From assembly GCA_001823575.1 (NCBI GenBank), contig MHUW01000001.1:12909-76908 (forward strand): 64,000 bases of DNA, read 5' to 3'. Below are positions 45,312 to 54,693 of this stretch, piece by piece (the stretch's first letter is position 1; each line of letters starts with the position of its first letter). The stretch comes from Candidatus Yonathbacteria bacterium RIFCSPLOWO2_01_FULL_47_33b (GTDB taxonomy: Bacteria > Patescibacteriota > Minisyncoccia > Phycocordibacterales > UBA1550). The notes below the pieces were generated by a model, which saw only the letters and a list, made by a program, of their open reading frames with translations, was not told the DNA's origin and made no database searches. The translations under genes were made by a program, and so were the position numbers.

Positions 45312-45400
45312 ACTCTAAGGAGGGGGATTCGAACCCCCGATGGTTTTACCCATGTCACGTTATTAAGGTGCTGCAATAGACCACTCTGCCATCCTTCCAC
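45312..45400 (-). tRNA. tRNA-like gene (class II, long variable arm) with canonical T-arm but anomalous acceptor and anticodon stems
   Basis: Minus strand GGAAGGAUGGCAGAGUGG...CACCUUAAUAACGUG...GGGGGUUCGAAUCCCCCUCCUUAG. T-arm perfect. Acceptor 5/7 paired. 9-nt anticodon loop containing UAA. Confidence 0.45.
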
Positions 45401-45409
45401 GATAGTGGG

Positions 45410-45524
45410 TGCTCGGTGCGGGACTTGAACCCGCAAGTCTTTCGACACTAGTTTGAGGAAACCCCAACATTGTGTGTTAGGAACTCTTCAAGACCAGCGT
45501 GTTTACCAATTTCACCAACCGAGC
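45410..45524 (-). tRNA. tRNA-like gene, ~115 nt (possible intron/insertion), with 7/7 acceptor stem and GCGGG-UUCAAGU-CCCGC T-arm
   Basis: Minus strand GCUCGGU UG GUG-AAAUUGGUAAA-CAC ...CUUGAAG... GCGGGUUCAAGUCCCGC ACCGAGC A. Too long for a standard tRNA. Confidence 0.4.
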
Positions 45525-45588
45525 GCCTTTCAATTATGCTGTATTTCTGAAAACTTGCAAAGGTTTACCAAAGGCGTAGTGTGAAAAA

Positions 45589-46014
45589 ATGGATTCTCTA
45601 AATCCCTGGCCTTGGTATAAAAAGAAGCGCTATTTGGTCCCATTGGGGCTCGTGGCCTTGTTAGTCTTGTCAGGTGGCGATAATGCGCCACAGAATCAGT
45701 CAGCACCGCAGAGAATGGCTCCTGTTGTGCAACAAGTTGAAATCAAGTCCGCAATGTCGTCGGGAGCTACTCAGGAGCTTCCACGGCCAGTTGATACGGC
45801 TCAGCGCACTCTTTCTCCAGCCCCCGATAGTAATTCAGGGTTATCGAATGATAGTTACTACACTAATAGCGCAGGGAACGAGGTGCACTCACCGGCTTAT
45901 TCTGATACTGTCCCGTCTGGCGCCTCTGCACAATGTCGAGATGGTACTTATAGTTTCAGTCAATCCAGGCGTGGGACTTGTTCGCATCACGGGGGTGTGG
46001 CAAATTGGCTTTAG
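45589..46014 (+). CDS. DUF3761-like secreted protein
   Basis: C-terminal CRDGTYSFSQSRRGTCSHHGGV matches the DUF3761 signature. N-terminal TM/signal. Confidence 0.5.
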   Translation: MDSLNPWPWYKKKRYLVPLGLVALLVLSGGDNAPQNQSAPQRMAPVVQQVEIKSAMSSGATQELPRPVDTAQRTLSPAPDSNSGLSNDSYYTNSAGNEVHSPAYSDTVPSGASAQCRDGTYSFSQSRRGTCSHHGGVANWL

Positions 46015-46550
46015 GAAACTTTATTATTGATTGTCGGTAAGTGCGCCCTATTCTGTATGTTGCAAAGAGTTCTTCTTTGGTGATATTGTTTTTATCACCC
46101 AAACAACGCTGCACAAGAAGCCAAGCAGGGAAATAATGCTCCCAAGTGCTTTAAAAAGTTCTGCATCAAGGGCAATTGTGATTACATAACCACCAAGAAT
46201 ACCAATGACTGCATCACGTCCCCATTCTTTTCGAGATCGGTTTCTGAAAGAGTAAAATTTTGTTTTATATTGCATGTATGGTTAATTTTATTTTTTAGGC
46301 AGTTGTCCAATTTCTTGCAAGTGTTCGATAAGTGGCTGCTTCATTCGCTCTTGGGCGCGCTTCGCCAATGGCGTCAGGTTGTTTTGTTTCTTTCCCTGCG
46401 CTCTGTTGTGTCCTGACTCGCTTGATTTTTCAATGTCGTATTCTTCTTGCAGCGCCCGCACAAACAATCCTTGGATATTTTTCTTTGTTGATTTCTTCAT
46501 TTTGCTATTGGTTTGACTCAGGGAACTGACACTGGGGAAATCGTAATTTT

Positions 46551-47957
46551 TTACCACCAAAAACTCAAAAAGAGACTCCTGATTCTTTGAATTATTGTTT
46601 GATTTTTAACCCGGGTGCCCTGCGCAGATTTATTTTGAGATTTTTCAATTACCTGCTCGTTTTTCTCGATAGTGGTACTAGTTGCCACATAGCTGTTTGG
46701 TACCTCAGTATTTTTCAAAGACGAACTAAGTTGTTCACATCCTGGAGTAAGATCACTGTAGATGCCGTAGTTGCCACACCTGGATTCGGTTTTTTTGGTA
46801 GTATTCGACGGTGATTTAATTGGCACGTTGTCTGATACCGCCGTGTCTTTGGGGCGCTCTGGTGACTTTATTTTGATCCCGGCTCTTCGTAGTAGTCCAC
46901 CCTGTGTCATTTCGGAGCTTTCTGGGGCCTTAACTTCCTGGATGCGAACCTCGCACTTGTCTGTGCCTTGATCCCATTCGTAGCCATCTATGCAGGTGCA
47001 ATTAACAAACTTGGGGACATCGTCGAGATAGTCTGTGCGTCTGTTTGTTGCACCAACCCCTGATTCAATTTTGCAGAACATTTCAATCGGGATACACTTA
47101 AATGGTGTTAGGGAGTCTGGCGCCATCCCCGGCTGGCATTGGCATTGATTTGAACTCCTGCTGTAGGCGCTATACGGCCCGTGTTCTTTGACGCAGGAGT
47201 TTTGTTGAGAATTCAATTCAACTTGCGCACTATTCCGAGCCTGTACCAGCAGTGATTGATAATAATCACTTTCTTTTTGCAGCCTAGCAATCTCGGCTTC
47301 TTTATCTGCAATGCTGTTTATTGCTTCGTTCTGTACGTTTATCCTACATTGATCATATTGCGTCTTGGCTGCCTGGTATGTGTCAATTTGAGTTCTACAG
47401 CTTGCTAGTTCATTTTTGCTCATTTCTGTACTAAGTAGTCCAGATCGACTATTTATGGCGTACTTACTGCTGTAGTCGCTTTCTGTAGAACACCCTACTG
47501 GTACCGGGTTAACGCACTTAGAAAAGATGGTATTCTGTTGCCTCAGTTCGTAAAGTCTTTTATCCACATCGCTTCTCTCTTTTTCAAGATTATTAAAATA
47601 TACTCCCTGCTCCTCAAGTAATTTCTCGGATTCACTTTTTATGGGTGTTGTAATAAAGACACGCTGGAGCGAGTCAGGATTTAATGTTTTGAGTAAAGAA
47701 TCTTCGTCGTTCGAAGTTTTGATATTGTAGTAATTTGATAAGTAAGTTTCTTCGTTCCCTGTAGCAGTTTTTCCTGTGTACGGATTGGTATTTCCTGGGA
47801 AGCTGTAATTATTGAACGGGTTTGAATCTGGGTCAGATCGATAGTAGGAGTCTACAAAATTAGCGGCAAGAGACAGGTTTGGTACGCCAATTAAAAAAAT
47901 ACCTAACGCGAGACCTACGATATTTTTTTTGTTTTTAGTCATATGATTTTTGATCAA
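46551..47957 (-). CDS. Secreted coiled-coil protein with C-terminal EGF-like Cys-rich repeats
   Basis: Signal peptide. Long coiled-coil region. CQCQPGMAPDSLTPFKCIP and NCTCIDGYEWDQGTDKCE are EGF-like. Confidence 0.5.
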   Translation of the reverse strand: MIKNHMTKNKKNIVGLALGIFLIGVPNLSLAANFVDSYYRSDPDSNPFNNYSFPGNTNPYTGKTATGNEETYLSNYYNIKTSNDEDSLLKTLNPDSLQRVFITTPIKSESEKLLEEQGVYFNNLEKERSDVDKRLYELRQQNTIFSKCVNPVPVGCSTESDYSSKYAINSRSGLLSTEMSKNELASCRTQIDTYQAAKTQYDQCRINVQNEAINSIADKEAEIARLQKESDYYQSLLVQARNSAQVELNSQQNSCVKEHGPYSAYSRSSNQCQCQPGMAPDSLTPFKCIPIEMFCKIESGVGATNRRTDYLDDVPKFVNCTCIDGYEWDQGTDKCEVRIQEVKAPESSEMTQGGLLRRAGIKIKSPERPKDTAVSDNVPIKSPSNTTKKTESRCGNYGIYSDLTPGCEQLSSSLKNTEVPNSYVATSTTIEKNEQVIEKSQNKSAQGTRVKNQTIIQRIRSLFLSFWW

Positions 47958-48172
47958 TTAAGAAAGATTTAGGCAGACAAAGGCATACAAAAAGCCCGCC
48001 ACGGGTCTCCGGCGTTTCCGCCAGACACGCAAGTTTCCCTGCGCGGCCGATCAAGCAACCCCATGACGGGTTTTTTATGCTTGATCGGGCTTTTTCGCCA
48101 TGCCACCGATTGCTCGATGGTTTAGGCTACTTCTTTATTCAGTTGTGCTAAAATTGTAGCACAGAGCTGATT

Positions 48173-48910
48173 ATGAAAAAAGGGCTGAGTAATTATGATA
48201 AAGCGAAAGAGATTCATCGGCTTGCCGTGCAGCGTGTTTCCTTTAAGCAAGATCTAGCCGTTTTTGTAAAAAAATTTAGTGTTCCCCAAGAGCCTAAATA
48301 CTCAAAAGGACAAATTCAAGAGTGGTTGCTATCTGCCTACGAATCCGCGGTTTATCAGTTCTATGCACCACGTGGGTTAAAGATACCAATCAAATACAAA
48401 AAACTTCCAGGGAAAGAGTACATTTCTGAACGTATGAAGTTTCTCAGGAGGTATGGTTTTTCAGTAGCAATGGATGGAGGGGTAATGGATGAAATTTTAG
48501 TTGGTGAAACCCCAGCTTATGAGTGTTTTGAAATTGAACCACCCTCTGAGAAAGATGAAAAAGATCTCGGAAGACGTGTTTTGAAGATTGTTGTGTATGA
48601 GGGGGCAACAGAGAAAGGATTGATTAGATATATTGAAAGAGAATGGAAATGGATGAAGGCACACCTTAAAGGTAAAATTAAGGCGGTTCGCTCGCGGACT
48701 ACAGAGAGTAAAAAACGACACCAGCTTGTTCAGGAACATATGGACAAAAGCTTGAGTGAGCTGAAGAAAGAGTTAGGGATTGCAGAAAATGCGCGCTCTT
48801 CTAAAGAGGCTTTGGTTTCTAGGATTTTGAAGGAGAACCATAGAATTAAACTTTCCGCAGATAGTTTAAGAAAAACAGTTTCTCGCCAGAGTAAACTCAA
48901 AAATGGGTGA
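48173..48910 (+). CDS. Hypothetical protein (phage-associated region)
   Basis: 245-aa ORF upstream of the terminase small subunit. No recognised domain. Confidence 0.4.
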   Translation: MKKGLSNYDKAKEIHRLAVQRVSFKQDLAVFVKKFSVPQEPKYSKGQIQEWLLSAYESAVYQFYAPRGLKIPIKYKKLPGKEYISERMKFLRRYGFSVAMDGGVMDEILVGETPAYECFEIEPPSEKDEKDLGRRVLKIVVYEGATEKGLIRYIEREWKWMKAHLKGKIKAVRSRTTESKKRHQLVQEHMDKSLSELKKELGIAENARSSKEALVSRILKENHRIKLSADSLRKTVSRQSKLKNG

Positions 48911-49002
48911 CATTTATTTCTCAGGGAATAAATGCCCTGAGTAAAAATTTACAGCTGGGGTACCGTAGAGTCATACCTACGGTATTTTCATTATCAATTT
49001 GT

Positions 49003-49386
49003 ATGACTGCTAAAGATAACCCAAAGAAAAGAAAGTTGAGTCCTCAGCAGGAACTTTTTTGTCTCTTGTATGTAAAGGACAAAGAGTGCTTTAGTAACGC
49101 TACTAGGGCGTACGTGCGCGCATATGACGTCAAGTCAAATCAGGTTGATTCTGCGCGAAAATCCAGTTCCAGGTTGTTGATAAATGTAGACATCGCAAAA
49201 AGGATTGCTTCCATACTCGATGGGTGTCTTGATCGCGAGATTGTTGATCGTGAACTCTCTAAGATTATCTTGCAGGATTTCGATCTGTCAGCAAAGGTTG
49301 CTGGCATCCGTGAATATAATAGGATTCGCAGTCGTATCACCGACAGACTTGAAGGGAACTTCACATTTTCATGGGAGGGGGAGTAG
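49003..49386 (+). CDS. Phage terminase small subunit
   Basis: LSPQQELFCLLYV...FSNATRAYVRAYDVKSNQVDSARKSSSRLLINVDI matches the terminase small subunit family (Terminase_2-like). Confidence 0.6.
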   Translation: MTAKDNPKKRKLSPQQELFCLLYVKDKECFSNATRAYVRAYDVKSNQVDSARKSSSRLLINVDIAKRIASILDGCLDREIVDRELSKIILQDFDLSAKVAGIREYNRIRSRITDRLEGNFTFSWEGE

Positions 49387-49582
49387 GGACTATTTTTATG
49401 AGAGAGGTCCTGCAACAAGAAGGTGGATACGGAATGTCCGTAGAGGAATGCCAGATCTATCTGGGAGATTTAAATTTTCCTGATAAGCAAATCGAAGAAA
49501 CAAGAGACATTCTCTATGCTTTTGTGGAACAAGTGCTAGACTATGTTATTGAAGAAGGTCTTGTTAGTGACAAAGAAAAAAC

Positions 49583-51199
49583 ATGTCTACCAGTCGCAAA
49601 AATAAAGTAATAAAAACAATTCATGCTGGACCGCGGGTTGCCTTGCTCTACTGCCGTGTGTCGTCAGATAGGCAAGCTAGTGAGGGACACGGGCTAGATA
49701 GTCAGGAGCATCGCTGTCGCGAGTACGCTACTTCAAAAGGTTATAAAGTTGAAAGAGTTTTTCGAGACAGTGTCTCTGGTGGAGGAGATTTTATGGTCCG
49801 CCCAGCAATGTCAGACTTGATCAAGTATCTTGATGACAGGCCATTCACACAATACGTCATCATTTTCGATGATTTAAAACGGTTCGCTAGGGATACACAA
49901 TTCCACATTAAATTGCGTACAGCACTGAAAGCACGCGATGCAAAGCCTGAGTGTCTTAATTTTAATTTTGAGGACACTCCAGAGGGTGAGTTTATTGAAA
50001 CAATCCTTGCTGCGCAGGGACAACTTGAGAGACAGCAGAACAAGCGACAAGTGTCGCAAAAGATGAAAGCTCGCCTTGATTCAGGGTATTGGACGTTCTT
50101 CCCACCTCCTGGGTATGACCACCCAAAGGATTCGCTACACGGGAAACTTTTGACTCCTAACTCGAAAGCAGAAATAATTAGAGAAGCATTTGAAGGGTTT
50201 GCTTCTGGTAGGTTTAGAGAGCAGGTAGATGTACAGAAGTTTCTGCGCTCAAAAAATATGCAGGGTAATCGTCCAGTGTATTTGGAATATGTAAAAAGAT
50301 TACTGAGCAGAGTTGTCTATGCCGGATATATAGAGTACGAGCCATGGGGTGTGGCAAGGAGAATGGGCCACCATCAGGCGATTATTTCCATCGAAACTTT
50401 TGAAAAGGCGCAAGAAAAACTAGGAGGAAGGCATTATTCTCGCTCTGTTGATAATGAGGATTTCCCGCTCAGGGGTCTAGTTGCCTGTTTAAAGTGTCAG
50501 CGCTCTATGACCGCTGGGTGGTCAAAAGGGAGAAACAAAAGCTACCCATACTACAAATGTCAGAAAACCTGTGTTTCTTACTATGGCAAAGATGTTCGTA
50601 AAGAGCGTATAGAAAAAGAGTTCCACGAACTACTTCAAAAGTGTACACCAAAACAAGAGGTCATCAGGCTTACAGAAGCGATCTTCAAAGATGCTTGGAA
50701 CAGAAGACTTAATAACCAAAAGAGCGTTTTTGAGGGCTATAATCGTCAACAGGTGGCACTAGAGAAGGAAAAGGGGGAAGTTGTCGACAAGATCGTGAAA
50801 ACCCAAAATGAGGCTGTTATGAGAGCTCTTGAAGGTAAGGTGCAAACGATTGACTCGGAGATCTTGAGAATAGAGGAAAACAAAAAGAAAAAGATAGACC
50901 CAGAAAAGTATGGAACCGCCCTGGATGTGGTCTTCGGTATTATAAAAAAACCAGCAGTTGCTTGGGAAAACGGAAATTATAAAGGGAAAAGGCTCGTTAC
51001 AAAACTCGTATGTACCAAAAATCCGGTCTATGACCGGATTGAAGGATATGGAACCACTGAAATGTCAGACGGCATAAAGCTTTTTGAGCTAGTTCAGGCT
51101 AATGGTTCCCTTGATGTGGAGATGGGGGGAATCGAACCCCCGTGCAGACGATGTTCTGGTAAGAGCCTACTATGCGTAGAAGACTTCTGTTTGTTTTAA
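49583..51199 (+). CDS. Large serine recombinase (resolvase N-domain + recombinase domain + zinc ribbon)
   Basis: ALLYCRVSSDRQ catalytic Ser context. 538 aa. CxxC...CxxC zinc ribbon. Its 3' end overlaps the ssrA 3' end. Confidence 0.8.
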   Translation: MSTSRKNKVIKTIHAGPRVALLYCRVSSDRQASEGHGLDSQEHRCREYATSKGYKVERVFRDSVSGGGDFMVRPAMSDLIKYLDDRPFTQYVIIFDDLKRFARDTQFHIKLRTALKARDAKPECLNFNFEDTPEGEFIETILAAQGQLERQQNKRQVSQKMKARLDSGYWTFFPPPGYDHPKDSLHGKLLTPNSKAEIIREAFEGFASGRFREQVDVQKFLRSKNMQGNRPVYLEYVKRLLSRVVYAGYIEYEPWGVARRMGHHQAIISIETFEKAQEKLGGRHYSRSVDNEDFPLRGLVACLKCQRSMTAGWSKGRNKSYPYYKCQKTCVSYYGKDVRKERIEKEFHELLQKCTPKQEVIRLTEAIFKDAWNRRLNNQKSVFEGYNRQQVALEKEKGEVVDKIVKTQNEAVMRALEGKVQTIDSEILRIEENKKKKIDPEKYGTALDVVFGIIKKPAVAWENGNYKGKRLVTKLVCTKNPVYDRIEGYGTTEMSDGIKLFELVQANGSLDVEMGGIEPPCRRCSGKSLLCVEDFCLF

Positions 51200-51524
51200 G
51201 CACTATATATCAAAAGTATTCTAAATTATATAGTACCGATGCTCTATGTTTTTTCACTTGGTAGAGTCATTCAAAGTGATGAGCCCTCATTTTATATCAC
51301 CCGCGACTACCTAGAGGGCGTACGAAGCGCGAATGCTGTTTAGGCTACGAGAGCGTAAGCAGGAGTAAAGGCGTTCGCCGTAAAATACGGAGAAACTGAT
51401 GCCTTTACTTTTGCAACGAGGTTGTTTTTTGCAACGAGGTTGGTGTTCGAGATTTAACGAGTTCTCGAGCATTCTCGGCATAGCACCGACCAGAGTTGAT
51501 CGCCTGTCTAGGCCGATCATCCCC
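51117..51524 (-). ncRNA. ssrA: tmRNA (SsrA)
   Basis: 5' GGGGAUG pairs with 3' CAUCUCC, including a G3:U70 wobble. T-arm GGGGG-UUCGAUU-CCCCC. Conserved GGUGCUAUGCCGAG. Tag ORF GCG AAC GCC UUU ACU CCU GCU UAC GCU CUC GUA GCC UAA = ANAFTPAYALVA* (51340..51378). Adjacent to smpB. Confidence 0.8.
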
Positions 51525-51721
51525 ATATATTGTTTTGCAAACCTCTTTTCTCGATGAGCGTTTTTGAGGACACGCATATTTTTCTGCTGAAAAATTGCTC
51601 TGCTCGTCGCCGAGCTCCTGCGCAAGGTCTCAAAAACGCTCATCTCGACGAGGTTTGCAAGCTTTTATTCTGTTTTCAATGTTACCGAGCTTGTCCGCCA
51701 AAGTTTTTTCTACGAAAAATT

Positions 51722-52168
51722 TTAGCGGGCGAGTTTGATATCTCTCATGATATCGCGCTCGGACTCACGCTTCTTCAGGGTCTCGCGTTTGTCGTGGGCT
51801 TTTTTGCCTCGCACCACCGCGATTTCTACCTTGAGCTTGCGACCCTTATTATACACTGCGATGGGCACTATTGTCAAGCCTTTTTGTGACTCTTTGGCGC
51901 TCAGTTCCGCTATCTCGTCCTTGGTCAGGAGGAGACGGCGGTGCCGTACAGGCTCGTAGCTTTTTGGGGTATTGCCAGCCTGGTAAGGGTTGATGGTCGC
52001 ACCGATAAGGAACGCCTCACCACCGCGCACTGTCACATGCGAGCCCTCGAGCGAACCGCGTTTTGCGCGGATAGCCTTTACCTCGACACCCAAAAGCTCG
52101 ATACCCGCCTCAAATCGCTCGAGTATTTCAAAGTTGAAATGTACCTTTTTATTGTCGATAAGCGACAT
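51722..52168 (-). CDS. smpB: SsrA-binding protein SmpB
   Basis: 148 aa. FEAGIELLGVEVKAIRAKRGSLEGSHV...GATINPY matches the SmpB pattern. Confidence 0.9.
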   Translation of the reverse strand: MSLIDNKKVHFNFEILERFEAGIELLGVEVKAIRAKRGSLEGSHVTVRGGEAFLIGATINPYQAGNTPKSYEPVRHRRLLLTKDEIAELSAKESQKGLTIVPIAVYNKGRKLKVEIAVVRGKKAHDKRETLKKRESERDIMRDIKLAR

Positions 52169-52472
52169 AGGGACATTCTAGCAGTCGGGGAGGGTTGTTG
52201 ACAAGAGGCACGAAAGGTGCTATACTTGTTTTTGGTGGTACAAACATCGTGAATGAAAGGGGGTCGCATTGGAAATACTCAAAAGTATGCTCAAAAAGGT
52301 TTGCCGGTGTTTCAAGCGGAAAAATAAGAATCGTGAATTTCCCGGCATGGTAAGGGTGGATTGCCACAACCCTGTTGATGGAACAGCGGCAACGACCGAA
52401 TAAAAAAAGAAAAATTCAAAGCCCTGCATCGCGGGGCTTTTTTGTTGCATAAAATCCTCGTTCCCTATATGG

Positions 52473-52540
52473 TATACCCCCACACCTACTTTTCACCCTC
52501 TTCATTTTTATGCTATGAAAAAAGTAGGTGTGGGGGTATA
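52473..52540. repeat. 21-bp perfect inverted repeat TATACCCCCACACCTACTTTT with a 26-nt spacer upstream of ftsH (related to the 19427/19560 TIRs)
   Basis: tatacccccacacctactttt ... aaaagtaggtgtgggggtata. Confidence 0.85.
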
Positions 52541-52566
52541 CTGACTTTTATATAAACAAATACATT

Positions 52567-54522
52567 ATGGCGAACAACAAAAAAGACAAAAAAGAGCAGA
52601 AAAATACTGCCGGCAAAAACAAAGGACCTCTTGGGAAGCTTCCGGAGGGGTTACCGACGATGCCCACGGGCGGACAATTTCTTTCGAACATCATCACCGC
52701 AGTACTCGTCTTTCTCATCATCGCAACGCTGTATTCGATGATCTCGGAGAACAAGAGTAAGGTCGAAGAAGTGGCAATTTCAAAACTTGCGCAGGATATT
52801 TCTGCAGGACAAGTAAAGAGCTTGCTCGTTGAGGGAGGTATGGTAAATGCCGAATACGCCGATGGCTCAAAGAAAAAGTCCAAGAGGGAAGTTGATGCGT
52901 CGCTTTCGGAGACACTCGTGAATTATGGCGTGACGTCGGACAAGATTGCCTCGGTAATCATCGAGGTCAAGAGTGAGAGCGGGCTCCGTTACTGGGCACT
53001 CAATCTCTTGCCGTTCCTGTTGCCACTCTTCCTTATTATTTTCTTTTTCTGGTTCCTCTCACGACAGGTCAAAGGGGCTGGCATGCAGGCTTTTAGTTTT
53101 GGGCAGTCAAAAGCACGCATCATCGACCCAAACGACGCAGGACAAAAGGTGACCTTCAAAGATGTTGCTGGTGCAAAGGAAGCAAAAGAAGAGCTTGTGG
53201 AAATTGTAGACTTCCTCCGCAGTCCGCAAAAGTTTTTAGATATCGGCGCACGCATTCCCAAGGGTGTGCTTTTGATGGGTGCTCCGGGTACCGGCAAGAC
53301 ACTTCTTGCACGCGCGGTAGCGGGGGAGGCAGGCGTGCCGTTCTTTCATCTCTCAGGCTCGGAGTTTGTTGAGATGTTTGTAGGTGTCGGTGCTTCGCGT
53401 GTGCGAGACCTTTTCAAGATGGCAAAGAAAGCTGCACCCGCAATTATCTTTGTGGATGAGATTGATGCCGTTGGCCGCGTGCGTGGAGGAGGTACGGGCG
53501 GTGGTAATGATGAGCGCGAGCAAACCTTGAACCAAATCCTTGTGGAGATGGACGGTTTCGAGCCTTCAGAAAAAGTTATTGTGATGGCCGCAACGAACCG
53601 CCCTGATGTTTTGGACCCTGCGCTTTTACGCCCTGGTCGTTTTGACCGTCGTGTGACCCTCGAGCTTCCTGACCGCGAAGGTCGCGAAGAAATCCTCGCG
53701 ATTCACGCTCGCAAGAAGCCTCTGGGTGAGGATATCAATTTGAAAGTCATTGCAGAGCGTACACCAGGATTTTCAGGTGCCGACCTGTACTCACTCATGA
53801 ACGAGGGCGCAATCCTCGCAGCACGTGAAGCCCGAAAGACCGTGGCGCAGTTTGATCTCATTCGTGCGATTGAAAAGGTAATGCTCGGGCCCGAGCGCAA
53901 GAGCCACATCCTTTCGACACAGGAGAAAAAGATTACTGCCTACCACGAGGCTGGTCACGCACTTGTCGCATCGGTGCTTCCGCACGCAGATCCCGTGCAC
54001 AAGATTTCAATTATTGCGCGCGGGCATGCGGGCGGGTACACCTTGAAGCTTCCTCTTGAGGAACGTCGCCTCCAATCAAAGAAAGAATTTTTGGATGACA
54101 TTGCAATGTCACTCGGCGGATATGTTGCCGAGGAGATGGTGTTTGGTGATATTACGACAGGGCCTTCGAATGACCTGCAGGTTGCGACCGCGCTTGCTCG
54201 CGACATGGTGACGAAATATGGGATGTCAGATAAATTGGGGCCCGTAGCACTCGAAGGTTCGGGTGGCCGCACGCTCTTTGGGCGCGGGATAGAAGGCCGC
54301 GAATACTCCGAGGATATGTCCGCAAAGATTGACGCGGAGGTTTCAAAAATAATGAATGAAGGTTTTGCCCGTGCCCGCGAGGCTTGCACCACGCACCGCA
54401 AAGCCCTCAACGCTATTGCTGACGAACTCGTGATACAAGAATCCATCGAACGTGAAGAATTTGAAAAAATCCTCATCGCCAACGGCATTATGCCAAAGAG
54501 AAAGGAAGAGAAGGTAATATAA
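52567..54522 (+). CDS. ftsH: ATP-dependent zinc metalloprotease FtsH
   Basis: Two N-terminal TM helices. AAA Walker [17 protein letters not shown] zinc motif. Confidence 0.9.
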   Translation: MANNKKDKKEQKNTAGKNKGPLGKLPEGLPTMPTGGQFLSNIITAVLVFLIIATLYSMISENKSKVEEVAISKLAQDISAGQVKSLLVEGGMVNAEYADGSKKKSKREVDASLSETLVNYGVTSDKIASVIIEVKSESGLRYWALNLLPFLLPLFLIIFFFWFLSRQVKGAGMQAFSFGQSKARIIDPNDAGQKVTFKDVAGAKEAKEELVEIVDFLRSPQKFLDIGARIPKGVLLMGAPGTGKTLLARAVAGEAGVPFFHLSGSEFVEMFVGVGASRVRDLFKMAKKAAPAIIFVDEIDAVGRVRGGGTGGGNDEREQTLNQILVEMDGFEPSEKVIVMAATNRPDVLDPALLRPGRFDRRVTLELPDREGREEILAIHARKKPLGEDINLKVIAERTPGFSGADLYSLMNEGAILAAREARKTVAQFDLIRAIEKVMLGPERKSHILSTQEKKITAYHEAGHALVASVLPHADPVHKISIIARGHAGGYTLKLPLEERRLQSKKEFLDDIAMSLGGYVAEEMVFGDITTGPSNDLQVATALARDMVTKYGMSDKLGPVALEGSGGRTLFGRGIEGREYSEDMSAKIDAEVSKIMNEGFARAREACTTHRKALNAIADELVIQESIEREEFEKILIANGIMPKRKEEKVI

Positions 54523-54523
54523 A

Positions 54524-54572
54524 GGTACACAAAAACCTCTCAGTGAATATCACTGAGAGGTTTTTGTGTACC
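54524..54572. terminator. Perfect 49-bp palindrome acting as the ftsH terminator
   Basis: ggtacacaaaaacctctcagtgaatatcactgagaggtttttgtgtacc. Confidence 0.7.
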
Positions 54573-54660
54573 TGTGGATAACACGCGGTACTTTATTGCA
54601 TGCAAAAGGTGTACACTGTGCAGTAGTATGAATAATAAAACAGAAGGACTACTGTCATTC

Positions 54661-54670
54661 GGGGGGGGGG
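54661..54670 (+). repeat. G10 homopolymer tract 23 nt upstream of the histidine-kinase start codon
   Basis: cattcGGGGGGGGGGcagtaaaggaagaaataataaaATG. Confidence 0.9.
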
Positions 54671-54693
54671 GCAGTAAAGGAAGAAATAATAAA

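Larger units (their letters stand above)
48000..51199. mobile_element. Integrated phage-like/genomic-island remnant at the 3' end of ssrA (left boundary undetermined; may extend to ~42.8 kb)
   Basis: Serine integrase adjacent to and overlapping tmRNA. Terminase small subunit. tRNA-like and att-like fragments lie upstream. Confidence 0.5.

Noticed and set aside
45312-45400. Treating tRNA-like gene 1 as the displaced att copy of the ssrA 3' end
   Set aside because: Apart from the generic GGGGG-TTCGA(A/T)T-CCCCC T-arm, the flanking 30 nt do not match the ssrA terminus, so it is not a simple att duplication.
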